Positions 18,597-29,527 of a stretch of 33,952 nt of DNA are shown here, piece by piece. Under the pieces are notes generated by a model, which was given only the letters and a program-made list of their open reading frames with translations, ran no database searches and was not told where the DNA came from. A program made the translations under genes and the position numbers. The DNA is from an uncultured Rothia sp. (GTDB lineage Bacteria; Actinomycetota; Actinomycetes; Actinomycetales; Micrococcaceae), in assembly GCF_937976295.1 (NCBI RefSeq), contig NZ_CALJRY010000298.1, positions 1-33,952 on the forward strand, in the 5' to 3' direction. Position 1 is the stretch's first letter; the number at the start of each line of letters is the position of its first letter.

Positions 18597-19544
18597 CTAC
18601 TTCTCCATGAGCGCCTTCGCCAGAGCATCGTCAAGAACCAAGTCGGTAATCGCACCCGTACGCAAGGCACCGCGCAAAGCACGCACACGGTGAGTACCGG
18701 ACGCAACGCAAATACGGCGCGGAATACGAGCCAGCTCCTTCGGAGTCGGACCGGACGCGCGCTTATTCAGCTCCAAATCAGCCCACGAGCCGTCCTCACG
18801 CAGAAGAATCGTGCACATATCCCCCACAACGCCCAGCTCACGCAGCTGACGCTGCTCCTGCGCCTCAAAATAGCCACCCGAATACACGTGAGAAGGGATA
18901 GGCCCACCAAAAGCGCCCACACCAAAAATAGCGAGGTCAACGTTCTGCTGGGCATGCAGATTCTTCTGCACGCTACGCTCACGCCACATGGCGGTCTTCG
19001 TCTCCGCATAGTCGAAGAACGCGGGAACCGGGAAATGGATAGCCTGCGCATCGTAGGCATTCACCAACTGCCCCAGCAGCGAACCCAGGTACGGAATACC
19101 CGAATGATGCGCGTTACCGGCACCGTTCAGCTGCACGACCGTTACACCCTTCAGGGGGCGGCGCGGCAGATGACGAGAAATCTCAGTCATGGTCGAACCC
19201 CACGCCACACCCAGACTCGTTCCATTGTCAATCAGAGAATCAAGTAGCGCCGCCGCGGTGCGGGACACCTGGCTCATGCGAGCAATCGGAGTGGCATCCG
19301 AACGGACATTCACGAGGGTAACGCGCACCTTATAGCGCTCGCCGATGCGGCGCTCCAGCTCACTGCGGGTACGGAAGGAATCATCCAGGCGGATCTGCAC
19401 CATGCCGCTTTCACGAGCACTTTTAAGGAGGCGCGACACGGTGGCGCGGGAGACTCCCAGACGAGCTGCGATAGCATCCATCGTCATGTTGTGGATGTAG
19501 TACAGCTGCGCCGCCTCGTAAGTGTGGTTAGCGCGTTCGTTCAT
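18597..19544 (-). CDS. SorC/DeoR-family sugar-binding transcriptional regulator (probable glycerol-operon regulator)
   Basis: AAQLYY..IAARLGVSRATVSRLLKSARESGMVQI HTH, LGVAWGST, GVVGDMC and ITDLVLD; divergent from glpD. Confidence 0.92.
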   Translation of the reverse strand: MNERANHTYEAAQLYYIHNMTMDAIAARLGVSRATVSRLLKSARESGMVQIRLDDSFRTRSELERRIGERYKVRVTLVNVRSDATPIARMSQVSRTAAALLDSLIDNGTSLGVAWGSTMTEISRHLPRRPLKGVTVVQLNGAGNAHHSGIPYLGSLLGQLVNAYDAQAIHFPVPAFFDYAETKTAMWRERSVQKNLHAQQNVDLAIFGVGAFGGPIPSHVYSGGYFEAQEQRQLRELGVVGDMCTILLREDGSWADLELNKRASGPTPKELARIPRRICVASGTHRVRALRGALRTGAITDLVLDDALAKALMEK

Positions 19545-19666
19545 CGGTCGCAGGCCCCCAGTGAAAATCCGTTCATGCTACTTGGTTATTATTTCACCAT
19601 TGGGTTTTACTAAATGCAAGATGAAACCCCACGCCGCGCACGCGGCACGAGAAGAAAGAGCACTAC

Positions 19667-21412
19667 ATGAGCTCCCAGCACATTGCACAGCAGTCCCAGC
19701 TGACCGCTGAGTCCCGCGCCAAGGCACTCAAGAGCATGGTCAACGAAGAACTCGACATTCTGGTCGTCGGCGGCGGCATCACCGGCGCAGGTATTGCCCT
19801 TGACGCAGCAACCCGCGGTCTGCGCACCGGCATCGTCGAAGCAGGTGACTGGGCTGCAGGCACCAGTGCATGGTCCTCCAAGCTCGTTCACGGCGGCCTG
19901 CGCTACCTCTACAACCTCGACTTCAAGCTCGTGACCGAAGCACTGACCGAGCGCGGCCTGCTGCTGAACAAGATTGCACCCCACCTCGTGCACGCACAGC
20001 CCTTCCTGTGGCCCCTGAAGATGCCCGTCATCGAGCGCGCATACTCCGCAATCGGCATCGGCATGTACGACACCCTCGCATTCCTCGGCTCCCGCGGCCA
20101 CAAGGGCGTCCCCTCCCAGCGTCACTTCACCAAGACCGGCACCAAGACCGTCTTCCCCGACATCAAGGACTCCGCATTCAGCGGCGCAATCCAGTTCTAC
20201 GATGCACGCGTTGACGACGCACGCCTCGTCATCGACGTCGTCCGCACCGCTGCAGGCTACGGCGCACTGGCTGCATCCCGCACCCAGGTTGTCGGCTTCA
20301 CCAAGGACGCATCCGGCCGCGTCATCGGCGCAGAGCTGGCAGACCTGGAGACCGGCGAGCGCCTGAACGTACGCGCAAAGCACGTCATCAACGCAACCGG
20401 CGTGTGGACCGAAGAGTCCGAGTCCCTGGCTAACCCCGACGGCGGCCTGGAGGTTCTGGCATCCAAGGGTATCCACATCGTGGTTCCCCGCGACCGCATC
20501 AACGCAACCAGCGGTATCTTCACCAAGACCGAGAAGTCCGTTCTCTTCATCATCCCCTGGCAGCGTTACTGGATCATCGGCACCACCGACACCCCCTACA
20601 CCGAGGACCGTGAGCGCCCCGTCGCAACCAGCAAGGACATCGACTACGTCCTGATGCAGGCTAACAAGCTGCTCGCTAACCCGCTGACCCGCGAAGACAT
20701 CATCGGCACCTACACCGGTCTGCGCCCGCTGCTGCAGCCCAAGGTCAAGGACGGCGCAGCATCCACCAAGGTTTCCCGCGAGCACACCGTGACCGAGGTT
20801 GCACCCGGCATGAGCGCAATCGCAGGCGGCAAGCTCACCACCTACCGTGTCATGGCTGCCGACGCTGTCGACTTCGCACTGGGCGAGCAGGCTAAGCAGA
20901 ACCCCTCCGTGACCGCAACCATCGGCCTGGTCGGTGCAGAGGGCTACCACGCAATCGCCGCTAACCGTGCACGCTACGCAGAGCGTTACGGCTGGGATGA
21001 GGACCGCATCACCCACCTGCTCGAGCGTTACGGCGCACAGATTGAGGACCTCGGCGCTCTCATCGACGCTGACCCCTCCCTCGGTGCTCCCCTGGCTAAG
21101 GCGCCCCAGTTCCTGCGTGCAGACGTCGTTTTCGCTGTCCGCTACGAAGGTGCCCTGCACCTGGAGGACGTCCTTGTCCGCCGCGTACGCCTCGACCTCG
21201 AGCAGCGCGACCGCGGCCTGGCAGCAGCAGACGAGATCCTCGAGATCATGCGTGCCGAGCTCGGCTGGGACGACAAGAAGGTTAAGGAAGAACTCGACCT
21301 CTACGCAGCACGCGTTGCAGCAATGCGCGAGGCTGAGTCCACCTCCACCGACGCTGAGGCATCGGCAAAGATTGAGGCTGTCACCCCCGTGGCACCCCGT
21401 GTGAAGCTCTAA
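19667..21412 (+). CDS. glpD: FAD-dependent glycerol-3-phosphate dehydrogenase
   Basis: GGGITGAGIALDAATRGL, GTSAWSSKLVHGGLRYL, DDARL and GGKLTTYR. Confidence 0.96.
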   Translation: MSSQHIAQQSQLTAESRAKALKSMVNEELDILVVGGGITGAGIALDAATRGLRTGIVEAGDWAAGTSAWSSKLVHGGLRYLYNLDFKLVTEALTERGLLLNKIAPHLVHAQPFLWPLKMPVIERAYSAIGIGMYDTLAFLGSRGHKGVPSQRHFTKTGTKTVFPDIKDSAFSGAIQFYDARVDDARLVIDVVRTAAGYGALAASRTQVVGFTKDASGRVIGAELADLETGERLNVRAKHVINATGVWTEESESLANPDGGLEVLASKGIHIVVPRDRINATSGIFTKTEKSVLFIIPWQRYWIIGTTDTPYTEDRERPVATSKDIDYVLMQANKLLANPLTREDIIGTYTGLRPLLQPKVKDGAASTKVSREHTVTEVAPGMSAIAGGKLTTYRVMAADAVDFALGEQAKQNPSVTATIGLVGAEGYHAIAANRARYAERYGWDEDRITHLLERYGAQIEDLGALIDADPSLGAPLAKAPQFLRADVVFAVRYEGALHLEDVLVRRVRLDLEQRDRGLAAADEILEIMRAELGWDDKKVKEELDLYAARVAAMREAESTSTDAEASAKIEAVTPVAPRVKL

Positions 21413-21754
21413 TCCTTAGAGTTTTCGCGCACCTTTCGTAACCGTTTTTTCAGCACGAACCAACCGTTCACCCCTGATCTACTATGAGTTATCTCACATT
21501 TTGGTGAGGGGTGGACGGACGGTTAAATAACCGTTTACGATAATCCCCTGATCAAGAAGCAGCGAGTTAAATACAGGGTTAGCCCACTGGTACGAGCTGC
21601 TTCTCAGCCAGAAACATCTATCAACTTTTCGTAGCAACCGCTACACATTTCAGCACAGCGTTGTGCCCCGATCCGCCCGTGCGGTGAGGATGCACGGGAA
21701 TACGCAAGCAAAGGTTCGCTTGCCTTCCAGACGCTTCGTCTTCAAGGAGCATCA

Positions 21755-22552
21755 ATGTCTCTTCTTGCTTCCGCAGGAACTGTACTTGCAGCCGGCTCAT
21801 CCGCTCTCGTGGATGCATCCGGCGCCCCCACCGCCCTCGGAATCTTCGCTTCCGAATTCTTCGGCACCTTCATCCTGATCCTGCTCGGTGCCGGCGTATG
21901 TGCCGCAGTGACCCTCAAGAAGTCCTACGCTAAGGACGCAGGCTGGGTTGTTATCACCTTCGGCTGGGGTCTGGCAGTGTTCACCGCCGTGTACCTCTCC
22001 TTCCTCTCCGGCGCACACCTGAACCCCGCAGTGACCGCCGGCCTGGCGGCAGCAGGCCGTGACCTGGCAACCGGTGTTCCCGCAACCGCAGGCAACATCG
22101 CCCTGTACATCGTCGCTCAGATGCTCGGCGCAATGGCCGGCGCAACCGCAGCGTACCTCACCTACAAGAAGCACTTCGATGAGGACCCGGGCGACCGCCT
22201 CGGCATCTTCTCCACCGGCCCCGCCATCAAGTCCTACGGCTGGAACCTCGTCACCGAGATCTTCGGCACCTTCGTCCTGGTTGGTTGGGTCATCGCCTCC
22301 GGTAAGACCCCCGCCCAGCTCGGCCCCCTGGCTGTTGCCCTGGTCGTTGTTTCTATCGGTATGAGCCTCGGTGGCGCAACCGGTTACGCTATCAACCCCG
22401 CCCGTGACCTCGGTCCCCGTATCGCCTACACCTTCCTGCCCATCCCCGGTAAGACCGGCTCCAACTGGGCTTACGCATGGGTTCCGGTTGTTGGCCCGAT
22501 CATCGGCGCAATCCTCGCCGGCCTGATCGTCCCGGCAGTTCTGCCCCTGTAG
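21755..22552 (+). CDS. glpF: Glycerol uptake facilitator (aquaglyceroporin)
   Basis: [10 protein letters not shown] and [16 protein letters not shown] motifs; AAGGAG RBS. Confidence 0.96.
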   Translation: MSLLASAGTVLAAGSSALVDASGAPTALGIFASEFFGTFILILLGAGVCAAVTLKKSYAKDAGWVVITFGWGLAVFTAVYLSFLSGAHLNPAVTAGLAAAGRDLATGVPATAGNIALYIVAQMLGAMAGATAAYLTYKKHFDEDPGDRLGIFSTGPAIKSYGWNLVTEIFGTFVLVGWVIASGKTPAQLGPLAVALVVVSIGMSLGGATGYAINPARDLGPRIAYTFLPIPGKTGSNWAYAWVPVVGPIIGAILAGLIVPAVLPL

Positions 22553-22592
22553 ACCTCTCAAAACCCCGTCTTTTAGTTCTAAGGAAAAATCA

Positions 22593-24149
22593 ATGACGAC
22601 TTCTCTGCACTCCGCAACCCTCGACACCGAGCGCAAGTACATCCTCTCCATCGACCAGGGCACCACCAGCTCCCGCGCGATTCTGTTCAACAAGGCAGGT
22701 GAGAACGTAGCACAAGGTCAGCTCGAGCACGAGCAGATCTTCCCCAAGGCAGGCTGGGTCGAGCACGACGCAACCGAGATTTGGCAGAACGTCCGCAAGG
22801 TCGTAGCAACCGCAATGGCAAACGGCGAAATCAACCACCACGAAATCGCTGCAGTCGGCATCACCAACCAGCGTGAAACCACCGTCGTGTGGGACAAGAA
22901 CACCGGCGAGCCCGTCTACAACGCAATCGTCTGGCAGGACACCCGCACCCAGGAAATCGTTGAAGAACTCGCAGGCGAAGAGGGCGTTGGCAAGTACCAC
23001 GACATCGTCGGTCTGAACCTCTCCACCTACTTCTCCGGCCCCAAGATCAAGTGGATCCTGGACAACGTTGAAGGCGCACGCGAGCGCGCAGAGCGCGGCG
23101 ACCTGCTCTTCGGCAACACCGACACCTGGCTGGTCTGGAACCTGACCGGTGGTGTTGACGGCGGCGTTCACGTCACCGACGTAACCAACGCATCCCGTAC
23201 CCTGCTGATGAACATCCGCACCCTCGAATGGGATCCGCAGATTGCCGCAGACATGGGTATCCCCATGAGCATGCTGCCCGAGATCAAGTCCTCCTCCGAG
23301 GTGTACGGCTTCGGCCGCGCAACCGGCCTGCTCAGGGGAACCCCCATCGCGGGTATCCTCGGCGACCAGCAGGCTGCAACCTTCGGTCAGGCTTGCTTCG
23401 AGAAGGGCATGGCGAAGAACACCTACGGTACCGGTAACTTCATGCTCATGAACACCGGCAACGAGCCCGTCTTCTCCAACAACGGCCTGCTGACCACTGT
23501 CGCCTACAAGATTGGCGACGCAGCTCCCGTCTACGCTCTGGAAGGCTCGGTCGCAATGAGCGGCTCCCTGATCCAGTGGCTGCGCGACAACCTGCGCATG
23601 ATCGAGCACGCTGCAGAATCTGAAGAGCTGGCTACCTCCGTCAAGGACTCCGGTGGCTGCTACGTTGTTCCCGCGTTCTCCGGCCTGTTCGCGCCTCACT
23701 GGCGTTCCGACGCTCGTGGCGTCATCGTTGGCCTGACCCGCTACGTGAACCGCGCACACATCGTGCGTGCAGCGCTGGAAGCAACCGCATTCCAGACCCG
23801 CGAGGTTCTGGACGCAATGAACGCTGACTCCGGCGTTGAGCTCTCCGAGCTGCGCGTGGACGGCGGCATGACCGCTAACGAGTTCCTCATGCAGTTCCAG
23901 GCTGACATCCTCGGCGTCCCTGTGATCCGCCCGAAGGTTGTTGAGACCACCGCTCTGGGCGCTGCATACGCTGCGGGTATCGCTGTTGGTTTCTGGACCG
24001 GCGAGCAGGATGTTGTGGACAACTGGGCTGAGGACAAGCGCTGGCTGCCCTCCATGGAGCCCGCAGAGGTTGACCGTCAGTACCGCCTGTGGAAGAAGGC
24101 TGTCTCCCGCACCCTCGAATGGGTTGACGAAGACGTTCCGACCGCCTAA
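22593..24149 (+). CDS. glpK: Glycerol kinase
   Basis: [43 protein letters not shown] and VDGG. Confidence 0.97.
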   Translation: MTTSLHSATLDTERKYILSIDQGTTSSRAILFNKAGENVAQGQLEHEQIFPKAGWVEHDATEIWQNVRKVVATAMANGEINHHEIAAVGITNQRETTVVWDKNTGEPVYNAIVWQDTRTQEIVEELAGEEGVGKYHDIVGLNLSTYFSGPKIKWILDNVEGARERAERGDLLFGNTDTWLVWNLTGGVDGGVHVTDVTNASRTLLMNIRTLEWDPQIAADMGIPMSMLPEIKSSSEVYGFGRATGLLRGTPIAGILGDQQAATFGQACFEKGMAKNTYGTGNFMLMNTGNEPVFSNNGLLTTVAYKIGDAAPVYALEGSVAMSGSLIQWLRDNLRMIEHAAESEELATSVKDSGGCYVVPAFSGLFAPHWRSDARGVIVGLTRYVNRAHIVRAALEATAFQTREVLDAMNADSGVELSELRVDGGMTANEFLMQFQADILGVPVIRPKVVETTALGAAYAAGIAVGFWTGEQDVVDNWAEDKRWLPSMEPAEVDRQYRLWKKAVSRTLEWVDEDVPTA

Positions 24150-24204
24150 TCCGACCGCCTAATCGCAGTACCCGTCGCCTGACGGCACGGCCCGCGCACT
24201 AGCG

Positions 24205-24256
24205 AAGCCCCGGCTGCTTCTGCCCCGCTACAGGGGGAGGCAGTCGGGGCTTTTCG
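24205..24256 (+). terminator. Intrinsic terminator of the glp operon
   Basis: AAGCCCCGGCTGCTTC / GAGGCAGTCGGGGCTT stem (G-U pairs on +) followed by T-rich sequence. Confidence 0.8.
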
Positions 24257-24270
24257 CTGTTTTATGACGC

Positions 24271-24318
24271 TCAATACAGGTTGTGCCTGACCACGAAGAG
24301 TCAGGCACAAACTATTGA
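24271..24318 (-). terminator. Long hairpin closing the Hsp70 operon
   Basis: TCAATA..TTGTGCCTGAC / GTCAGGCACAA..TATTGA, immediately downstream of the grpE-like stop. Confidence 0.65.
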
Positions 24319-24330
24319 ATCGCCAAAAGG

Positions 24331-25089
24331 CTACATGCCGGAGGGGTTATTCAGCACAGGGTTATTCGGCACAGTAGGAAGCGGGATGGTGCGGTCATCC
24401 TCTCCAATATCCCCGGTACCGTTTTCAGCCGCATCCTGAGGGCGGGTAGTAGCCGTTCCGCTAGAGGCGGCGGGCTGACGGTTCGGCATATCCCTCGCCA
24501 CGATTACACGAGCGGGACGCAAAGTCCGGTCGCCCAGAATATACCCTTCCCGCTCCACCGATACCACGGTACCTGCAGGGTAATCGGGCGCAGAAGGAAC
24601 CACACCCGAAACCTCGTGGATTGCCGGATTGAACTTACCCACCGCATCGATGCGCTGCAGTCCGCGGATCTCAAAAATGCTGACGATCTCGTCGGCAACA
24701 GACTCGCTCAGCGATGCGCTCGCTTCCTGATTCAGCAGACGGTCCAGGGCGTTGAGTACATCGCGGAAGAGGGAACGGTACGCCTCACCTGAAGCTCGTT
24801 CGTCACGCTCCTGCAGGCTAGCCTGCACGGAACGAATGAGCTGGTTCTTAGCGCCGTCCTCCGCTATACGCTGCGCAAAACGCTGATTCAGCTCAGCGAG
24901 CTGGCCAAGCACGCGTACCTCAAAATCTTCAGTCACAAAAGGTGAGGTAGGCTGAGGGGCTTCCTCCTTCGCGGTGTCTGTCACCCCCTCATGCGTTTCC
25001 TCGTGCGGAGGCTTTTCTTTTGCCTCGCCACTAACCGGCCACAGTTCAGGCTCAGGGACGACAGCGTCCTGAGGGTCATACGTTGACAC
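24331..25089 (-). CDS. grpE: GrpE-family nucleotide exchange factor (accessory paralogue)
   Basis: LFRDVLNALD, GKFNPAIHEV and VVSVEREGYILGDRTLRPARVIVA. Start moved to GTG 25089, 7 nt after AAAGGAGA (track start 25116). Confidence 0.85.
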   Translation of the reverse strand: MSTYDPQDAVVPEPELWPVSGEAKEKPPHEETHEGVTDTAKEEAPQPTSPFVTEDFEVRVLGQLAELNQRFAQRIAEDGAKNQLIRSVQASLQERDERASGEAYRSLFRDVLNALDRLLNQEASASLSESVADEIVSIFEIRGLQRIDAVGKFNPAIHEVSGVVPSAPDYPAGTVVSVEREGYILGDRTLRPARVIVARDMPNRQPAASSGTATTRPQDAAENGTGDIGEDDRTIPLPTVPNNPVLNNPSGM

Positions 25090-25214
25090 GGTCACATCTC
25101 CTTTCACAGTTATCAATGCTTGCGGTACGCCCCCGCTCTGAAGCCGCTACGGCTGACAGAGCGGGAGCATCAAGGAAGATAGGTGCTCTCCCCTGCGTTC
25201 TTTGACGGCTTTCC

Positions 25215-26465
25215 TTAACGGCCCAGCCTACTCAAGCTTCGGATGAAGATACCGAAAATCATCAGGATGACGCCCAGAATTCCCGTTGCAGTTCGAGTGG
25301 GGTCATACCCCTGCCCCGTTAAAGCCCTCTGGTTGGTCTTCCAATAGGGCGGGAACGAAGTATAGAAAGCAAAGAGGGGAAGAAGGATGAACGTCACCAG
25401 CGTCATGTATCCGTTGATCGTGTCGTAAGCAGCCTGGTTTGACGAACGGATCGCCCCCTGCAGGAGCGCCCAAATGACGCTCAGGACCAAAGACCCTGCA
25501 AAGAACGTCACCACAAAGCGCACCAGCCTTCCGAAGGTAAAAGGACGGCGGCGGGCAAAACGCATGTTCTCTTCAATGTTCCGGTACTTCTGCATCAAAT
25601 CGTAGGGAAGCAGGTACGCGTCCCGGACCTTTGACAGGCTCGAACGAATCGCCTTCACCTGCTCTTTCGAGTTGATGATGGTTATCCCGTTATAGATAAC
25701 GCCGTGGGAGTCTGCCTCCTCCATGTGGATGATGGCGTGCAGACGTAACATCTGCGGGTTATCGGGGTATGCCGCAAGTGCGTTATCCGCATCTTGCAGA
25801 GCTTCAGCGTGCTGTCCCGCATTCCAACGACTGATGATGAAGTCGCTGATGTAGTCGGTGTCTCCCGGTTTCAGAGCCATCAGCTGACGGTTGATACCCA
25901 TGACGCGCTCGTGGTCTCCGTCGCGTTGAGCCAGGCTGCGCTCCATCATGAGGAGGAATTCCTCGTGCTCCGAACCGTAACGGCGTGCCTGCGAAATAGC
26001 GTGCATGACATCTCGGCGACGGTTGTAGTCCCAATCGCCCCACAGGTACGCCGCCGCCAGTTTCTCCCACGCTTCAACATCATCGGGACGAATCCGGTGC
26101 ATTGCCTGAGCGAACTTTACCAGAGAGTTCCAGTTCTCGTTTTCCCAGGCGTAGCGCATGTCAGCGCGCAGGCGTTCCTCTTTAGAATCTCCGCCCGTAG
26201 AACGAGGCTCCGCAGAAGGTCGGGGTGCGAATCCTCGACGCTTCAGCGACTCATCATAAGAGGCGCGGACAGAAGGATTCAGCAGAGTCTGCTCAACCCG
26301 GTCTAGCAACTCCAGGCGGTCCTCACCCTCACGTGCCTTGGCGCGTTCAGGGTGACTGGTCAACAGTCGGTACCGTTTGCGTTGCTCACGCAACGCTTTC
26401 TCCACGTCCTCAGCCGTCGCGTTGTGTGGAAGGCCGAGAACCTCGTAAAAATTCTCAGTAGTCAT
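25215..26465 (-). CDS. J-domain protein B (HPE variant) with TPR-like repeats and 3 predicted C-terminal TM helices
   Basis: NFYEVLGLPHNAT...HPE...LLNPSVRASYD; TPR-like RPDDVEAWEKLAAAY, LKPGDTDY and AYPDNPQML; hydrophobic C-terminal segments. Confidence 0.85.
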   Translation of the reverse strand: MTTENFYEVLGLPHNATAEDVEKALREQRKRYRLLTSHPERAKAREGEDRLELLDRVEQTLLNPSVRASYDESLKRRGFAPRPSAEPRSTGGDSKEERLRADMRYAWENENWNSLVKFAQAMHRIRPDDVEAWEKLAAAYLWGDWDYNRRRDVMHAISQARRYGSEHEEFLLMMERSLAQRDGDHERVMGINRQLMALKPGDTDYISDFIISRWNAGQHAEALQDADNALAAYPDNPQMLRLHAIIHMEEADSHGVIYNGITIINSKEQVKAIRSSLSKVRDAYLLPYDLMQKYRNIEENMRFARRRPFTFGRLVRFVVTFFAGSLVLSVIWALLQGAIRSSNQAAYDTINGYMTLVTFILLPLFAFYTSFPPYWKTNQRALTGQGYDPTRTATGILGVILMIFGIFIRSLSRLGR

Positions 26466-26519
26466 AGATACTCATATCTCACCGGTGTTCCATCACCGGT
26501 GGTCATGGGTAGCGGGAGG

Positions 26520-28070
26520 CTAGTTCACCTCCATGCCGCCGATCTTGCGCTGCGCCTCCTGCACTTCTTCAGGTCGCAGGTTGGCCACACGCTCAATGTT
26601 GAAAGAGCCGAGAGAAGCATTAGCGGTCAGGTCAATCACCTCAACACGAACCGTCTGGTCCACGTCGTAGGCGTAGATGACCTTCAGCGGCGCACCCTTC
26701 GGGTAGGCGGGCAGGGAAAGCTCGCCGGTACCAACAACGGTCACCAGCTCGGGGTCGCGTTCCTCGCCCTGAGTGACCTTAATGTCCAGGGCGTTCTGAC
26801 CGTCGAGCAGGGTTCGGGTGTTCTGTTCGTGGGTGCAGGGAACCTTAGTGTTACGCGGAATCACCACGTGGTTAAAAGTCGAACCGTCGGCGTTGTAGAG
26901 GATAATGCCCAGCGCCTGGCTGGTCACGTCGCTAATCTTGACGCTACCGCCCAGGAAGCCCTCAACAGTTGCCTTGGAACCAACCTGCTCCGTGCTGACC
27001 TCCACGTCGCCAGACAGGGTTGCCTGAACTGCAGCGCCGAGAGCAACCGCCTCATCAGGGTTAATATCGAGCTCAGGGGTCTTGCCGGAGATACGCTCCA
27101 CCAGGGTTCGGACCGCAGGCATGCGAGTCGAGCCGCCCACCAGCAGCACCTTATCGATATCAGCCCAGGTCAGCTTCGCCGCGCTCAGAACATCCTCGAG
27201 AACCTCCTGGGTACGGTTCAGAAGGCTGACCGTGCACTCCTCAAACTCCTCACGAGTCAGCGGCACACGGTAGTGCTGACCCTCGGCGGAGAACTGCACG
27301 TTCGTCTTCGGAACAGTCGACAGCGCCTTCTTCGCAAACTCAGCCTTCTCACGCAACGCAGCGGTGAGGGAAGGATCTTCCAGAGCGTCCGGAGCGCCCT
27401 GCTCCATCAGACGCTTATTCAGGTATTCCATCAGGGCGTTATCGAAATCGAAACCACCCAGGTTACGGTCGCCGTCAGTAGCCAGAACCTCAAATTCGGT
27501 ACCGCTAATCTTCAAAATAGTGACGTCAAAAGTGCCACCGCCCAGGTCGTACACCAGCACGGTGCCGTTGGCGTCAGCTTCCACACCGTACGACAGGGCT
27601 GCAGCGGTCGGCTCGTTCAGCACACGCAAAACGTTCAGGCCGGCAATCTGACCCGCGTGGGCGGTGGCGGTACGACGTGCATCATCAAAATAAGCGGGTA
27701 CGGTGATGACGGCGTCGGTGACCTCTTCGCCCAGGGCAAGCTCAGCGTCTTCCTTCAGACGCTTCAGGATAATTGCAGAAACTTCCTCAGCGGTGTACTG
27801 GGTGCCCGAAGAAGCATCAAAACGCCAGGTCGGGTCGCCAATAAAACGCTTGACGTACTGGACGATATCCTCGGGGAATGCCGCTGCCTGGCGCTTCGCC
27901 TGCTCGCCCACCAGAGGCTCGTCCGCACCGCCGAAGGATTGGAAAAGCACCACGGAGGGGGTCACGGTGTCGCCTTCCTTGTTGCGAAGCACCTCAGGCA
28001 CACCAGTAGGACGAACCACCGAAACTGCAGAGTTCGTGGTTCCCAGGTCAATACCAATTGCAATACCCAT
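26520..28070 (-). CDS. Hsp70-family chaperone B (516 aa, no helical lid)
   Basis: GIDLGTTNS, VITVPAYF, RVLNEPTAAAL, YDLGGGTFDV, LLVGGSTRMP and NPDEAVALGAA; SBD-beta IPRNTKVP..VTQGE. Confidence 0.95.
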   Translation of the reverse strand: MGIAIGIDLGTTNSAVSVVRPTGVPEVLRNKEGDTVTPSVVLFQSFGGADEPLVGEQAKRQAAAFPEDIVQYVKRFIGDPTWRFDASSGTQYTAEEVSAIILKRLKEDAELALGEEVTDAVITVPAYFDDARRTATAHAGQIAGLNVLRVLNEPTAAALSYGVEADANGTVLVYDLGGGTFDVTILKISGTEFEVLATDGDRNLGGFDFDNALMEYLNKRLMEQGAPDALEDPSLTAALREKAEFAKKALSTVPKTNVQFSAEGQHYRVPLTREEFEECTVSLLNRTQEVLEDVLSAAKLTWADIDKVLLVGGSTRMPAVRTLVERISGKTPELDINPDEAVALGAAVQATLSGDVEVSTEQVGSKATVEGFLGGSVKISDVTSQALGIILYNADGSTFNHVVIPRNTKVPCTHEQNTRTLLDGQNALDIKVTQGEERDPELVTVVGTGELSLPAYPKGAPLKVIYAYDVDQTVRVEVIDLTANASLGSFNIERVANLRPEEVQEAQRKIGGMEVN

Positions 28071-28192
28071 AAGTCATTCTCTTTCTAATCGTATGCTTAC
28101 TGCGGCAAAATACCGCAGATGTATATGTGAGTTAGCGTTTCTTGTGATGTCTTCGATAGCCGGCGTTCGCACTACGGCGTCCCGTTTCAGGG

Positions 28193-29527
28193 CTACGTCA
28201 GCGGTTCGACTCGCTTCACCCCGTACCACCACGGCACAGGAGGTGCCAACGGAGAGTTCTTCTTCGCACGCTTCACAAAGGACCGGTCATCGGACCAGCG
28301 GGCGGGGAAAGCCGCCGCCATGAATACGTACGGGAACAGGATGACCTGTATAAGATCCTTGATCCACACAGATACCGCGATATCAGCCGGAATTGCGCTC
28401 AAACCAAGTAGCTCCACAAGCTGCGGAAGGAACAGGTAATTCGCGAGGAAAAGCGTGACCATAGTCCCCATGAGGGTCAGGCGGCTTCTGCGTCGTCGGG
28501 CGGCAGCTACAGCTCCGCGAACCTCCTGCACAGCCTGCTCAAGTTCAGCAAAACCGTTCAGAGGCAACCTCTTCAGCTGGGACAGGCGCAACTGCGCCAA
28601 ACGAACCTGGGCGGAACTCACCATCAGCCCCAGAGGCGAGCGCGAGGTAGCATAAGGGTTGGGCCCAGCAAAACCGCCGTACGTGCAACGATAGACGTCG
28701 TAGAGCAGAGCCCATGCGTACGTCTGAACAATCGCCGCGTCACGGCGACCGGACTTGTACTCTTCACGCGCTTCACGTATCGCCTCACGGGTATGCCCGG
28801 CCCCTGCCTGCTGCACTATTGCCTGTGCTGCTTCCAGCTGCTGGGGGTCCGAGTCCCGCCTCTCGAGCTGAGGAAGAATGCGGTACGGAGTCCTCCAGGG
28901 CTCGTTCGGCGCGGGGGTACGTTGAGCCGGAGCTTCTTTCTTCGGCTTCTCCTTCTTCCGAGATGCCTTACGTTTCTTCGGCTTTTCTGGCTTCTGACTC
29001 TTCTGAGCAGGCTCAGGGACCGCAGGCTCAACCGGAGGCTGGTTAGGAACAGGCTGAGTCGGAGGTGTCGTCGCCGAAGGATGCGGTGCATCCGGCGCGT
29101 CAGGCACACGCTGACGCAAACGCTCTAGCTCCTGCTCGTGTTCTTGCTCCTTGCGGCGCATCTCCTGCCGCATACGTTCCATCTCACGCCGCATCTGCTC
29201 GGCCTGTTGCTGAGCGTCAATGGTCTGCCGTTGCAGGTCCTCATTCGGTTGAACAGGTACAGTCTGTTCAGCCCCTGCGTTTCCACCGGCCGGGGCTGTC
29301 GGGGAGCTCTGAAGATTCGCATCGTAGGTCGCACGAGACTGCTGATCCAGCAGATGCTTCTCTGCCTCAGCAATCAGCTGCATCAGTCGTTCGCTCTCGT
29401 GACGCTTTTCTGCGTTCGGGTGATTCGCGCGTGCCCGGGCAGAACGACGCTTCTGAACGATTGCCTCACGCACCTGTGCTTCGGTTGCGTTCGGTTCAAT
29501 CTCCAGGATTTCGTAGTAATTCTGCAT
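28193..29527 (-). CDS. J-domain protein A (HPN variant) with coiled coil, Pro/Lys-rich linker and 2 predicted C-terminal TM helices
   Basis: NYYEILEIEPNAT...HPN...LLDQQSRATYD; Q/E/R-rich coil; hydrophobic segments near the C-terminus. Confidence 0.85.
   Translation of the reverse strand: MQNYYEILEIEPNATEAQVREAIVQKRRSARARANHPNAEKRHESERLMQLIAEAEKHLLDQQSRATYDANLQSSPTAPAGGNAGAEQTVPVQPNEDLQRQTIDAQQQAEQMRREMERMRQEMRRKEQEHEQELERLRQRVPDAPDAPHPSATTPPTQPVPNQPPVEPAVPEPAQKSQKPEKPKKRKASRKKEKPKKEAPAQRTPAPNEPWRTPYRILPQLERRDSDPQQLEAAQAIVQQAGAGHTREAIREAREEYKSGRRDAAIVQTYAWALLYDVYRCTYGGFAGPNPYATSRSPLGLMVSSAQVRLAQLRLSQLKRLPLNGFAELEQAVQEVRGAVAAARRRRSRLTLMGTMVTLFLANYLFLPQLVELLGLSAIPADIAVSVWIKDLIQVILFPYVFMAAAFPARWSDDRSFVKRAKKNSPLAPPVPWWYGVKRVEPLT

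Noticed and set aside
24150..24330. Integration scar or att site at the left edge of the Hsp70 module
   Set aside because: Only terminator-like hairpins and a 13-bp duplication are visible; no tRNA, integrase or transposase. The other boundary lies outside the window.
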